Both the position numbers and the translations under genes were made by a program. A DNA stretch of 64,000 nucleotides, from contig NC_092677.1 of assembly GCF_964355755.1 (NCBI RefSeq), positions 11,306,101 to 11,370,100 on the forward strand. The letters run 5' to 3'. This document shows positions 10,422-25,075 of this stretch, in pieces. Position 1 is the first letter of the stretch. Each line of letters starts with the position of its first letter. This DNA is from Antedon mediterranea (Eukaryota; Animalia; Echinodermata). The notes below the pieces were generated by a model, which made no database searches, had not been told where the DNA came from, and saw nothing but the letters and a program-made list of their open reading frames with translations.

Positions 10422-10508
10422 CAGTAGACCCCTATTAAGAGACACATTCGGAACCCAACAAGTGTCCTCTTAATAGGGGTGTTCCTTCAATAGGGGTTAG
10501 CCATTGTA
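10422..10508. mobile_element. Degenerate Tc1/mariner-type MITE (GGGACAC family); related fragments at ~21575-21760, 33560-33660, 48230-48360, 49245-49320 and 51150-51330
   Basis: CAGTAGACCCCTATTAAGAGACAC...GTGTCCTCTTAATAGGGG. The same CTATTAAGGGGACAC/GTGTCCCCTTA motifs recur at the listed sites. Confidence 0.6.
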
Positions 10509-12412
10509 TTAAAATATATGTTTTCCTTTGTTTATTCACATTGATGGTCTTGCTTATTTTTTGTTTTGTACACAAGAAGATTTCATATACGAAAAAAAAA
10601 AGAAAAAAAAAAAAGGACTTTTAAAAAAACTATTACATGCCATGTGACCTACAATTGTCCAATAAAATGACAGGAATTTATTTAGGTGTTATATAATATA
10701 TGATAAACTACAACAATATTCCTAGTTGCAGTAGTTCAATAACTTGATTTTAAATGTAGTGTATTAGGACATGTTTAAAATTAGTGCTATTATGCTAACA
10801 TATAATGTATCGAAAACATTCCCAAGGTGGCAGTTACCGCAGTTGAAGATCGCACCTTAGGCAGAGGAAGAGATACCATAGAATTAGCCAACCAATAATA
10901 AAAATACATGAATGCAGCTTGGGGCTACTTTTTCTATGTATTTTACTGATATCTGATTGATGATCAACCCAACTAGAAATAAGATAACAATTTTGCTCAT
11001 CACAACATTAAAGGTACATAGCCGATTGTGGTAGGTCAGCCAAGAGCTGGGTTAATAGATCCTGTAATAACAAACATTGGCATAAAACTAGCATGTAGAT
11101 GCAATTAAATCATACAGTGTATAAGCCATAACTTGCCTACAGCTCTACTTTGATTTCATTGTAAATGCCAATACTCATATTGATATTGCAATTTCATGGC
11201 CTAATTTACAGCTCAAGTCTACTAAAGGCATTAATCTAATAACTCTGTGAACAAATAGTAAGATTTCGAAGAAAAAAATATTAACTTCATTAGTTCTGTG
11301 TATAAGAGGAAGTTCATATTTCCTTAATGTATAAAATATCGTAAATTGTCAAACCTTGAAAACCATAATTTGTTAACTTCAAAACATACATTGCAAAGCT
11401 ATAACAGGAGTGATGTGGTTGTCGCAAAGAGAGAACAACCTCTGTGTGGCCCATGGGTTTATCAATTGGCTTCTGCCAAAAGGTGGTCAGGGTGAAACCT
11501 TATACCCCATCTCTCGAAGCCGATCGGGGGAGACCATGGCGATCCCATAACCACTTCAATCCATCATTATAGGCGATTGAGTCCCGTCGACAGCCCATCA
11601 GGAGCCGTAAAAGGTGTGTTCTGGACCACGTAAATTGTGAACATGTCCAAAATTTAGTTTGATAGTGTAGACAGAGCTTTAAACAACCTCAAGAACATTG
11701 TAGAGGGCGATATTTATGAAATTTGTCTTTTCATGACAATCTATAAGTACCGTATGGCATTGTTTATAATTTTCATTTTGAGGTACACAATGTTTGTGAA
11801 AGGACACATGGCTTTTAAACAATTAATTTCAAGATAACTAATTTGTGTGTGTGGGGCTTAAATTATGAATGTAGGTATTATGGTGTCTCGGAAAATCATA
11901 TATATTTAACCTGTTTTTTTTTTTAAGATTGTTCATGTAAATTAAATCATTCATAGGCCTATTCTACCATCCATATAAATCTATAATAAATATCACAGCT
12001 GTTTTTTATTATGATGAATGAATTTTAGTATAGAGTTACCTGTCGATACTATATTAAATAACGTATGTTTAATACCACGTTTTGTGAAGCTATGCCAGTG
12101 TCCATCTAAAACATGACAGCTAAGACTGATGGATCAGTCGCAAAAATATTTTCTCAGTGCTTTCTTTACTTGGCCTACATATTTAATGTACAGCTATCTA
12201 ATAATTATTACTAAAACTGACATAGCTGATTGATATATGTATATGTGATATGAAGTATTTCAATGCCAAACTCAGATAAATACACATTGATAACAGATTG
12301 ATATATCATTATATTACTTATGACTACCATGGACACAGTATTTATTTGAGTAAAAGTAAAGTAACATAAAATCTCTCCATTTTGGCAAAATCCTGTACAC
12401 AAACTCTATTCA

Positions 12413-12526
12413 CAGTGGTGTAACCGAGACCAGAGGTTCCTGGTTTAATAGGGACATTTTTCGACAAATTGTAATGCTTGTATTCGTCCTCTGGGCCATG
12501 CTGAGTGCCCCTGGGTTTAGCTACTG
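12413..12526. mobile_element. hAT-like MITE with 8-bp TSD
   Basis: TIRs CAGTGGTGTAAC / GTTTAGCTACTG flanked by TCTATTCA and TATATTCA (7/8 match). Confidence 0.6.
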
Positions 12527-12654
12527 TATATTCATTTTGTTAGACTCTGATCCAAATCCAGGCAAACTCTAATGTGTAGTTTTGTAATATTTGTTTTGCT
12601 TTTAAAGCAATGGTTTCAATCTTGCGTAAAATTGTGTATACTGTACTTATTAAT

Positions 12655-12830
12655 GCAAGGATGCCGCAAACCACAGCCATAAATTTGGCACAGGCTCAAG
12701 CCACCTCTTAATTATAGTACTTCTGGTAGAAAAGTTTTCTAGCATGTGGACTTAAAACTGGAGGTGCAGTATACACACACTGGCTCGCATGCATTTTTAA
12801 GAACTTGGTGCATATTTCAGAAGAGTAGGT
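12655..12830 (+). mobile_element. Old, degenerate copy of the tRNA-derived Deu/Nin-type SINE
   Basis: Shares AAACCACAGCCATAA...TTGGCA...CAAGCCAC, TGGCTCG..TGCA.TTT.AAGAAC and AAGAGTAGG with the 13295 and 25076 copies. Confidence 0.6.
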
Positions 12831-13294
12831 GGTTCCTTGGTACTAGTCCATCTCAGTCCCTGTTGCTACAGACACAGATTAATGAATGCTATGGGGAGAT
12901 GGAAGTAGTTGTATGTAATTCAGCCTAGTTACTATGCAAGAAATATTTATATTTACGTTCATCCCAATCATTTTACAAGGATGGTTACAGTACAGTATTT
13001 TCACTTGATTACAACCTGCTTTCTACTTTGGTCTTGTCATCGTATATTTCATGGTGGAAAGGGAGAGTTTTTTTATGTTTTTTTTTTTACTCCTCTACTG
13101 AAGCAAACCTGTTGTGTTCCTTTTTACCCAAGTGTAAGCTAAGGATATTAGTGTCTTTAGAAAATGTTAAAAGTAACATTTTAAAAAGCGGATGCTGTCA
13201 AAAGTACAAGTGAACTTGGTATTTACTCATTTTCAGGAAGTTTCTTATTAATCAGTAGTACTGTAGGCTATGTATGTTTTCTTTTCTTCAGTCA

Positions 13295-13535
13295 AGACGA
13301 GTGGCCTAGCGGTTAAAACAAGAACTCTGTAAACCACAGCCATAATATTGGCAAAGGTTCAAGCCACTGCTCTACCATACTGTAGATCTAGTTCTGGTGC
13401 TAGAACAAGCTTTCTTTGGAGAATGATTTAAAACGGGAGATCCTATGTACACATATGGCTCGTGTGCACTTTAAAGAACCCAGTTTATCTTTTGAAATTA
13501 AAGTAAGGGGTTACCCCGGTGTTCTGGTCCGTTTT
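13295..13535 (+). mobile_element. tRNA-derived SINE with Deu/Nin-like core
   Basis: A-box TGGCCTAGCGG and B-box GGTTCAAGCC, then TTTAAAGAACCCAG...AGTAAGGGGTTACCCCGGTGTTCTGG. Confidence 0.7.
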
Positions 13536-14611
13536 CGTTTATCACTATCATTTAGCTAACAACTCTACCTGTTGAATCACTTTTTAGAGAAACCACGAAA
13601 GTGGAGATATTTCCTATTTCCCAATGTCCCAATGGGATGTCATCTTTGAATTCAAGAGGATTGTCTATATAATCCACAGCAAGACTTCTTTGATAATTTT
13701 TATAGCCGCATAACTCGTCATGAAAATAAAAGGTCGCGATTTTAAATATTCCCATGACAAATCAGAATAGTATACAAACGAATACACATTGGTTAATTGT
13801 TACACAGACAACTAAGTAAGACAATAATGATATCCTTACCCCAAGGCCAATTATTTCAGAATTATAACAGTTACTGAAAAGGAACGACAAAAAAATTGCA
13901 TTGGTCATTGCTCAGATTAAACTAGTATTCATGTCTTGCTATTAAGATGTAAAAATCTTGACAGTAGGTAATTGAATTAAAGTGAAGAAAAACTGATGCA
14001 GGCATTATGCAGAACAAACATACTTCAAAATGTATTTAACTAATTTACAATGCAATTATTATAATGACAATTGGTTTATAATTGCACATGTGCTCATAGA
14101 CAAAGTCATTGATACTGAAATACGGAAATTAGAAATTTATAAGTACTCTTTTATATTTTGATTTTTTAATGGAATCTTTTTCTTGTGTTTTGTAAAAATA
14201 AATTTGAAATTTATAAGTATTCTGTTATATTTACTTTTTTAATGGAATCTTTTTCTTGTGTTTTATAAAAAAAAGATTTTGTTTGTGTTTGGTTCTAGAC
14301 AAATAAATTCATGAGAGTAATAAAAATAAAAAAAAAATAAAATGTTAAAACAACACAAATAAAAAATGTATGTGCTATTAAAAATAATAATCAACTATTA
14401 TTAAGAAATGTCAACCTTTAAAAACATTATTGATAATATTATAATGTCAAATAAATGATAAATGTTTTATTATATAACCAGTATAAAAAATAAGTTAAAA
14501 ATATATGTGCTATGAAAATAAAAATTAATCAATAGAAATCTACCATTTTTTATATCAAATATAAAAATTTGACATAAAAATCATGGAGTTTTGATAAAAA
14601 TATAGGTTTTA

Positions 14612-14814
14612 AGCTCTGTCTACACTATCAAACAAGTGTGACAGTGTGCTGTGCCCAAACAAGTGTGACAGTGTGCTGTGCACAGATATGGTAGTGATAT
14701 GCCTAAATATAGTGGTGATGTGCCCAAATATAGTAATGATATGACATCACAATGTCCATATATGGGCACATCACAATTTTTGGTCACATAAAGTTTGATA
14801 GTGTAGGCAGAGCT
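14612..14814. mobile_element. MITE family A (PIF/Harbinger, Tourist-like) with internal duplication
   Basis: TIRs AGCTCTGTCTACACTATCAAAC / GTTTGATAGTGTAGGCAGAGCT, TTA TSD on both sides, internal 21-bp repeats. Confidence 0.85.
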
Positions 14815-15751
14815 TTAAGAATTTAAATAAAAAATATGATACAAAAATAAATGGGTGTTGTTTTTAGCTTATGTTCACACATGCTCATTCGAATTCCAAA
14901 CAAAACCCATGTGTGACCTGCAGAACCCGAAAAAATAGTTTTCACCAGCCGATGGACAGAATCCGTGATGTGACTACACAGTTGTACAGTACTGAGAGAT
15001 AAAAGTTATAAAGATCTTTCTCACTGAATTCCTACTGTAACCTTTACAATAATAACTAAAAACAAATTCACCTGAAATCGTCAAATTGTTCTCTATAGGA
15101 TATATAAATCATATTATTTTGTCTTTCAATTTTATAACCTGTCCTCAGAAGTTTCATTTAATGGTTATTTTATTACCTCTTTTTTCAATTCAGGCAGCTT
15201 TACTGTCCAAATTTGATCAAATAATTCATTTGTAATTTTGTCATTTCTTATACTGTGTAGCAATGTAGATATTATTAATGTATTTTTGGTGCAGTGACTG
15301 TATATAGGACCCTTCATGTAATAAGAGGTAGGTAATGTTTAAACATAGCGTTATATCCGACCTCTTGTACTCGCCTGTTTTGAAATAAATTAAATTATAA
15401 TTTTAAAACTACTATTTATCATACTATTTAAAAATAAAATTTAATTTTTAAAAATTATAAAATTTAAGTTGTTTATTGTGAATTTTACTAATGGTCGAAC
15501 CATGTCAAATTTGTTTCTACTGCATTTGATAACTACATTTAGTTTACTCTTCAACTTTATTTAGGTGTTTTGGGTACAGTACACATACACACAGTTTACT
15601 GCCAAAACATGAACATTAATATTTAACAAGCTATAGTCATATTTTATTGCATCAAGTGCAGTAAAATAATGGATTGAAATTCTTGGATAAATGTTAAAAT
15701 GGATATCATTTTATTTTAAAACATTTCAAATCATTTTTGTTAACCAGCTAA

Positions 15752-15913
15752 AGCTAGCTGTCTAGACTATCAAACTAGTTTGACAAAAAAAGTGTGATGT
15801 ACCAACCAAAATATGGTAGTGATATGCTCAAATATGGTAGTGATATAATGACATAATCATATGGGAACATCACATTTTTTCGTCACATTAAGTTTGATAG
15901 TGTAGACAGAGCT
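15752..15913. mobile_element. MITE family A copy
   Basis: CTGTCTAGACTATCAAAC...GTTTGATAGTGTAGACAGAGCT with ATATGGTAGTGATAT internal repeats. Confidence 0.85.
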
Positions 15914-18900
15914 TAGGAACATTGTAGTTGAAGTGTGAATTGATGATTGATGATTGATGATGAATGAATTGGTGGTTGTTCAATAAATAGATGGTTGGTA
16001 GCAATTATATAATGTAATGTGTATAACACATTACAATGGTTTAGACTTGCCCCAAGTCTAGTTGTAGTTATCATTGTCCTGTTTTGATTTTTGTCTCTCT
16101 AACCATTAACAAGGTTGAAAGTCATAAAATATAATATAATTTATACAAGGAAAAATCAACAGATAACAAGACAACATTTAGATATTACTGACATTAGACT
16201 AAACCTTGTGACAGAAACAAGCAAGTGAATCAAAAAAATATCAACAGATCCATCAACTTTACATAGTAAGTCTTACTATGTAAAGTGGTATAACTTAGGC
16301 AAACGATTAACAAAACCATTTTAGTAATATTTATCCTCCCTCTTGATATAGAAAATAAAGCAGTAATACGCAATTGATATTGTGGAACAGAAATAGGAAA
16401 GTACACTTCAAAATTACCATGAAAAATTGAGTTCATAGCTTAAAAAGAAAAATTAAATCTATCGTTTACCACCTAGAACCCAGCATTTGTTTGTTACATA
16501 CATTTTGCTACAATACAGGAGAAATTGAACTTGAATATGCTATATACATACACAAAAAAACAAATTTCAAAAGTGACTGACACTAAATCTGTGTCCAAGT
16601 TCCTGCTTAATCTTGTGAATACTAATGCATTTTTCTTTTTGTCCTGAAAATGCATAAACATGTTTTTCTATAATTAGTCTGTACTTCACCTGATCTATGC
16701 CGAATCCAATTAAGTTATATCTGTTGTTTTTGTTTTACATAATCAAATAATTAAAAGCCTTGTCTGAATTTAAACATTTTTAAAAGAACTGAAAGCAACA
16801 TTTCTTAATCATATCTTAATCTGTCAGAATAGTTTTTAGTAATCTGCAATAACTGTAATGGTAAGCGTGCATATACAGATCACCTGGTTATTTTTTGTTG
16901 TCCAAAAGTTCTTTATTGAGTAGAATAAATCAGTTTTAAGTCCTTTTAAAGTCATTTCATGTCAAGATTACAGGATCACTTTATTGAAAAAAATCTCTAA
17001 AATGATCCTACATGCTATGAACTAGTTACTAGTTTTAATTTGCAAGCTTTCTGTCGTCGACATTGCCTGACCAGAAGAATGTGGAATAAATGAATTACTA
17101 AGCTTTATATGTAAAACTCTTGAGCAGCCGACAACACAGATTTGAATCATACCTCATATTAATTAATGCCATCAAAAACTGTCAATATTTATTATCATTT
17201 ATTGCTAGTGATTTCTGTGAATGTTCTTAGTAATCTTCAAAAGCAAGCCATAGTCACGTCTACTATCAAGCGATTCTTTGTTTTGAGCTAAATGTCTCTG
17301 ATGACTACCATCATGCGAATGTATGTAGATATCCATCCCGTACTTAAAAGTCATGAGCATCCATCAGAGTCGGTTCACAATTTTACTTTTCCGCCGGATA
17401 TGTTTCTCGTTCTGCACAGTATCAATTGCGTGGAAAGTATGCGTGATTTACGAGCTAAGGTGTGTTCGAGACAAGATGGAATGCCAGAATTTAATGCACA
17501 ATTTAATACATCCCTATTTCTTACAAATAGATATATTCAATTATCACCCTAATCAAATAGAATAATATATACAAATTTAGTTTAGTTATTTATACCTATA
17601 ATTCTTTAATCTTACCAAACTGTCTGTTTCGTATTCTTGTATATTATTTTCGCTGTAACAATTTTCAGACTCTGTAATTAACATTAACATTGTTGATGAC
17701 AGATAATTGAAAATTGATTGATAGGAGATGACGAGCTCGTTTGACAAGATTATTAAATGGGCATTCTATGCTGTTATTATTCTATCCCTATTTCAATGAA
17801 AGCCAATGATTCGAGTGATGAATTTCTTACAATCCGTGTCTATCACAACTACCATTACTAATAGTGATTTTATCGCATATTAATACATACGCAATTTCAC
17901 ACATGAGAGATTTTGTTATAAAATGCTTATTAATTTACTTTATGTTGAAATATCATATTTCTTGCTCGTTTAAAGGCCATAAATCATTTTATTGTCATGT
18001 ATTTTATGTTTCGTCGAATGTTTAGTTGAAATTAATTACATGTGATCAAAATTGATATCCAATAACCATATTTTCCCTCTGGGGAAATGTCGTCAGGATG
18101 TTGGCTATCAGTATTGATCTTGTATGAAGATTTTTTTCAAACATAAAACTATATCCCATTAATTTTTGTAGCCAACCAATTCTTTAATGGTTGAAATCTT
18201 ATACAATTAATTTAAGCCTAGAGAACTGGATGTAAGCATATAATATGCGAGTGAATAATACATGGCACAATTATGAAATCTGAAGACAATTATAACTACA
18301 TCTTAATATGGTATAGAATAGGGAAAAACCGTGTTAGATCTCTGTTTTTCCTGAAAGTTCAGTTGCTACAATATGCTGAAACTATAAAAAAAATAATGAA
18401 TTATATTTTAACAAGAGAAATAATTGATATAAAAGAAAATGCATAAATAATTAAATACAGAAATAAATGAGTGTAAATTGTTATATGCATGTCACTTGAT
18501 TTTAATACTTTTAAATTCTTTTAGCAATCCATTTTGATAACATAATGTTTTTCAATTTCTAGTACTGTATTGCCAAACAACCTTCTGATGCTGCACCAAT
18601 AACTGCCACATCCAACATTCACAAGATGTGAGAAAGTTATCCATTCAGCGCACCAGATAAAAGTATGAATTGACATTTTTGAGTCTGAATAATTTTCTAG
18701 AAAATTATGTCTATATTAACTAGTTTCTAAGCTAGCATTATCAATAACATAATTTGCTGATAACCTACTGACCTATTTCCATATAATTTATTATTTGGTA
18801 TGACCTATTATTTCTTATCCATCATGTGCTAATTTGAGGTATGGAATGAATAACCATAACCTATTTACAGTATAGTATTCATATAGTCAGCATTTGAAAT

Positions 18901-19134
18901 TATTAATTACTGGCCCCAGGCCCTGCCCCCCCCCCCCTTTTAAGGGGAAAATGTAGATCCTCTATTCAATAAATCTCTGTATCGTTAAGACCGTGGGCTT
19001 AATAGTGGTAACGTCACATGTTTTATTTATGATATCGTATAAAGCTACCGTTCAACAAAAAAATATATAGAATTATTTGTTGCCAATTCCTTTACTGCTA
19101 CATTCTGGTTGCCATCAGTTTGGTTGCAATATGG

Positions 19135-20560
19135 TTGGCAAGAACAAGGTTGATTGTTTTTGGTTTCTATCACCACAGGTTCTTCACTATGATTGGCAGG
19201 AGAAAGTTTGCTTATATCTGGTTTCCATCACTACAGGTTCTTCACTATGATTGGCAGGAGACAGTTTGCTTATTTCTGGTTTCCATCACTACAGGTTCTT
19301 CACCATGCTTGGCCGGAGAAAGTTTGCTTATTTCTGGTTTCCATCACTACAGGTTCTTCACCATGCTTGGCAGGAGAAAGTTTGCTTATTTCTGGTTTCC
19401 ATCACTACAGGTTCTTCACTATGATTGGCAGGAGAAAGTTTGCTTATTTCTGGTTTCCATCACTACAGGTTCTTCACTATGATTGGCAGGAGAAAGTTTG
19501 CTTATTTCTTGTTTCCATCACTACAGGTTCTTCACTATGATTGGCAGGAGAAAGTTTGCTTGTTTTTGGTTTCCATCACTACAGGTTCTTCACTATGATT
19601 GGCAGCAGAAAGTTTGCTTATTTCTGGTTTCCATCACTACAGGTTCTTCACCATGATTGGCAGGAGAAAGTTTGCTTATTTCTGGTTTCTATCACCACAG
19701 GTTCTTCACTATGATTGGCAGGAGAAAGTTTGCTTATTTCTGGTTTCTATCACTACAGGTTCTTCACTATGATTGGCAGGAGAAAGTTTGCTTATTTCTG
19801 GTTTCTATCACTACAGGTTCTTCACTATGATTGGCAGGAGAAAGTTTGCTTATTTCTGGTTTCCATCACTACAGGTTCTTCAACATGCTTGGCAGGAGAA
19901 AGTTTGCTTATTTCTGGTTTCTATCACTACAGGTTCTTCACTATGATTGGCAGGAGAAAGTTTGCTTATTTCTGGTTTCTATCACTACAGGTTCTTCACT
20001 ATGATTGGCAGGAGAAAGTTTGCTTATTTCTGGTTTCTATCACTACAGGTTCTTCACTATGATTGGCAGGAGAAAGTTTGCTTATTTCTGGTTTCCATCA
20101 CTACAGGTTCTTCACTATGATTGGCAGGAGAAAGTTTGCTTATTTCTGGTTTCCATCACTACAGGTTCTTCAATATGATTGGCAGGAGAAAGTTTGCTTA
20201 TTTCTGGTTTCCATCACTACAGGTTCTTCACTATGATTGGCAGGAGAAAGTTTGCTTATTTCTGGTTTCCATCACTACAGGTTCTTCACTATGATTGGCA
20301 GGAGAAAGTTTGCTTATTTCTGGTTTCTATCACTACAGGTTCTTCACCATGCTTGGCAGGAGAAAGTTTGCTTATTTCTGGTTTCTATCACTACAGGTTC
20401 TTCACCATGCTTGGCAGGAGAAAGTTTGCTTATTTCTGGTTTCTATCACCACAGGTTCTTCACTATGATTGGCAGGAGAAAGTTTGCTTATTTCTAGTTT
20501 CTATCACTACAGGTTCTTCACCATGCTTGGCAGGTTGGAGAAAGTTTGCTTATTTATTAT
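19135..20560. repeat. 58-bp minisatellite, about 24-25 copies
   Basis: Unit GGTTCTTCACTATGATTGGCAGGAGAAAGTTTGCTTATTTCTGGTTTCCATCACTACA; TTGGC recurs every 58 bp from 19193 to 20527. Confidence 0.97.
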
Positions 20561-23500
20561 TACCTCTGTTAAGTTTTCAACCTAGTTGTTGCCAGGTGCT
20601 TAATCCTGTTGCTATAAACTCCCACATGAGCCTTTGAAAAATTGGCAATGAAACAAAAATGCTGTACTGCCCTCTATTTTCATGACCAGTTATGAAGGAG
20701 AAGTAAAGTTAAATAATTAGCAAATACAATTGTATTTTGGGTAAAAGATCATCGATAATACACCTTATGGTTATTTTTTTATACGGTAGAGGTGGTGCTT
20801 TTTTTTTTATTTGTGTTTATTTTATATTGTATTCAAAGAATGTAGCATACTGTCAACTCAACGGACCTACTGTTACGGTCTTGTTACGTGAATTTGGTTT
20901 AACGAAAACATTTCCCAATCAGAAGTTCTTTACTTTAGTATCGAAAACGAATACAGGCAATCTCACCATCCACCTTATTTACATTCATTTCTATACACCT
21001 TAACTTACACATCAAATGCACCGTTGTTCACCATCTCTACGTTAAATCTGTAAATAGTAGGAGGATGGGGAGTGATGGAGCTGGGGGAAGGAGAAAGCTG
21101 TAATATTTAAACATTTATAGAGGGTGCTATATAACTAAAAGTACCTTACTCATAGGCCATGACAAAAGGTAAGATACAAGTTTTAATAAAAGACATGTGG
21201 GTTTAATTACAAGGTCTTGTTATTTAATATTTAAGGTAAGATGATTAATAGATGCAAGCTTATCACTTAATTAACTCACAAGCACTGCATTGAATTATAC
21301 TTTTTTATCTTCTGCATATACAATTTCTGTTTATAAGTGTCTTTTTGTGTACATCTTGTGAATGTATATGTTTATAAACAACGTGCTTGTAAAGATACGC
21401 ATCTATTACAACCAATGAAGCCGGGTGATATTTAATTGTCTATCTTCTGATTTATAGCAATTCCTACACCATTAATGGTATACTACTGATAATCAACACT
21501 CAAAACACTCCCAAATTTGTAAAATTATTTTGTTTATGTTGACTACATAGTAGACCGTATCTCATTTCTAATTACTGTAAACCACCCTCATTTGGGATGG
21601 CTCTATTCAGGGGACACCCTATTTAGGGGACACTTTTCTGTGAATTGTCAATCGAACAAGTATTATTTGTTTTTAACATTACAGTTCTATTAAGGGGACA
21701 CTCCATTAAGGGGACACAAACATTGGATCTCAAGGGTGTCCCTTTAAAAGAGGTTGAAATTTAGGTATTTTTAGGCTTTCGATTCCGTAACACTAATAAT
21801 AACAATAATAATAATAATAATAATAATGTTAAAAGTAAAGATATATCTGATGAGTGAGGAGATGTGTTCTAACAAATACCTCCATCCCAATTAATATAGA
21901 TTTAATTATTTCCAGTTTACTGAATCAAAGTTTACTGAAGGCCACATTTACTGAATTCCAGTTTGGCAATTCTGTTTTTGAAAATTGTGTAAATTTCCCA
22001 TTTTACAGCACATAATATCTAATAATATATTTTTGTGTTTAATTTCATTCAACGACGGTATTTCATGCAAATAGGTGTTGAACACGTCAGGAAGAGCCAA
22101 AGCTGAAAATCTTATCTATATTTGTCAAATAGATATGTAGGTATACTTCACAAGACTGTTGACAAACTATATTAACCACCGACAATCATAAACATCTGTT
22201 ATCGGGTTCCTTGTTTATCATATTAGCATATTATTGGGTAGTTTTAATGACCCTCAATATAGTACTTTTGGGTCGGCTTGACCACTTATTAATATTTAGG
22301 TGGAATGACCCTTTTAAATTGGGTGTTCTGTTGAAGGTCCAGTAGATTAAGTCGTCATCATTTTCCTGCTGGGCATGTTGTAAAGAGAATCATAGCAGCT
22401 AGTGTTGATTGATTGTGGAAGACTAAAGGCTACTGTATTTTCCATTATTAAAACACCATATTTCGAGGTCACAGACATTTACAAGTGACCTGTCTTTTAA
22501 AACTAGCAAAAGGTTAAATTATATCAACTCTTCATTTTAATTTTATTTTACAATTTTGAATTAAAACAAGCTGTTTGCTTTATTCTAGTGGAAACATGTA
22601 CCCTTGAACTCCTAATACCAAGTTTATGATTATAAAATATTTGAAGCTGATTTGCTGATGATAAAAATACTTCTTGCATCTATAGACAATTGTTTTTCAT
22701 TGTCTATATTAGATTATTTTCAAGGCAATGATACACTAAAATTAATTTTTACCATGTTAACCTAGCCTTGCTGTCTGGGAACACCACACATAGTGTGTTC
22801 ATTCCTGTGTAATGTTTGCGAGCATACAACAATTTGTTAGGCGTGCCTACTCTTCATGAAATCGATGACAAGAAATATTTTATGTACTGTACTGTATTTA
22901 CTGTTTTTGGGTTATTAGTATTTTTTTTTAGATGTTAATAAATATTATCTCTAGATGCATCAGTGGCATTGTGATGATGTGTCTTGCTTGTCATTTCTAG
23001 GGCCCTTGGTTCAATTCCTTTCAAAAGTTCCAATATAGCACCACTACTTACCTGGTTTTGGAAGCATGGATTTCCCATCCTGTAATTGGCAAGTAAATGT
23101 ATTTAAAAAATCAAATTAGAAGGTTTGATTTTCTTTTTTTATTTGTAATAAATGACTTAAAAGGTTTGAATTAGTGGTATGAAGTTTACGTATATAATAT
23201 TTTATTAATTTTAATATGAGGTTAACTTTATTAGCTAGAATATACTTACCCACCAGAATACTTTTAATGTTATGTACAGTCCTACCAATTTTCTTTTATT
23301 GCAATTAATAAACCTTTTGATCCAGCTGATTTAATAATTTCAATGTAAATCTTTAAAAAAAATTAATATTTGGTATACCTAGTAAATTCCAGCTATTAAT
23401 TCCTGGTTCATATTTGATTTAAAGTAACTTTATGGCTGATTTTCGCATGCGTATGTTATAATTCATATGCTGATTATCTAATAATATAATTTAAATATAA

Positions 23501-25075
23501 AATGAAATTATATTCATAACTATTATAGTTCATTGACCTTGCTGGTTATTTATGATTTAATATGCAATGGCTCGGGTAGACATCCTGCTTCCTAGCTGAA
23601 CTGTACTTCATTCAATTCTCACGGTATTTTGACAACATAAACCTTCGACCAAACGTTCTCAATAAAACCATATAAAAACTGGCATAAATATGAAATCTTA
23701 CTATTTTTTTTAAAGAGTAATATAGGTTTGACTTAAGTACTGTAAAATTGTTCCAATTGAAACTATAGGTGGTGCTATACCCATTGGATTGTGGATGCTT
23801 TGTGTGGTTATGTGAGGTTATTGACCTTTTCCCTGTAAAGAAAAGTGCATTTGTTGTGGCTGTCTGTTACTGTTGTCTGTTATTGCATACTAGAGGAAAC
23901 CTCCCAAGTTTATTTACAAATCATATTGACATCATATCTTCCTCTTCATTAAATCATTTATGAATTAATGAGTTGTTATACCACTGCAATTTACGAAATA
24001 AACAAGTTTTATTACTAAATAATAGTTTTGGAAAGTCATAGGATGAATAGTGCAGATGGCGTAATACTAATAATTTTAATAAGGCCAAATAAAAATTTGC
24101 TATTTTCACATCCTGGATATGAGGGAAAAATTACTATTATCTCAGATGTACACTGATAATAACGACTAAATTTTTTTTTATATACTGAATGTTTTTAGTG
24201 CTGTAGCATTTTAATTCTTTAAATGTTTAATGAAAAATAAAATTTTAAAAAGATAGACTTCTAATAAATTGTATTGTATAAAAAATTAAAGATAACAATT
24301 TATTAATACTTATAGTTTACAATACATTTGTTGCCATAGTGATTTTTTATTAGTATAATTGTATCCATATTCTAAAAGTTCACAAATCTTTCCAAATAGA
24401 TGGAATGTAAAAAATAAAATGGGTATATAATATAATCATATTTTTCGACACCAGGGTCGAATATGTTAAAATCCAAAACTTTAAAAAGAGTTTGACCCTG
24501 TACTATTTACAAATGTGCAACTTGATATGTCCCTAGTGTGGAGATGGCCCCTTTTAAAGTAAAAAAAATCACTTTTGATGACAAAACAGATGAAATTTAT
24601 GATTCTGACACATGTGAAAATAATTTGACTAATGAAATTTTAGTGGCAACATCAAAGTAAACATTAGAAGGATGTCAGAGTGGTGCCATCGTAAATTATA
24701 TTAGACTTTCATAATCTGTCAGTTAAAATACAAATGTAAAAAATAACAGGAGATTAGACATTTTGTGCACATTAAATTATGATAAACTTTTCATTGTAAA
24801 TTTTACAAACTTATAACCTATATTGTACATAGTGGAACATTACATTTTTTAAAGGAAAATTATGCACATGTGTCATATATAGGCTTTGAGATCCAGACTT
24901 ATAAAATGGTTTGCTTTCCATTGCTCGCTAGATTTTTTTCCGTACACGAGTTCCACCATTCATTCGTTTTTGGATACGCTTGATGCATTTTGTATTCTGT
25001 AAAAATCACTGCGCATGAGAGTCATAAATTTTCTGTAAGAATGAGGAATCTTCCATTAGGTGTGTGTGTTCAATG

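Noticed and set aside
13552-13755. 67-aa minus-strand ORF with protein-like composition
   Set aside because: No recognisable domain or convincing splice context; a BLASTP hit would be needed to revive it
19120-20637. CRISPR array or repeat-protein ORFs
   Set aside because: Contiguous tandem units with no unique spacers, no cas genes, eukaryotic context; 58 bp is not a multiple of 3, so frames rotate and stop
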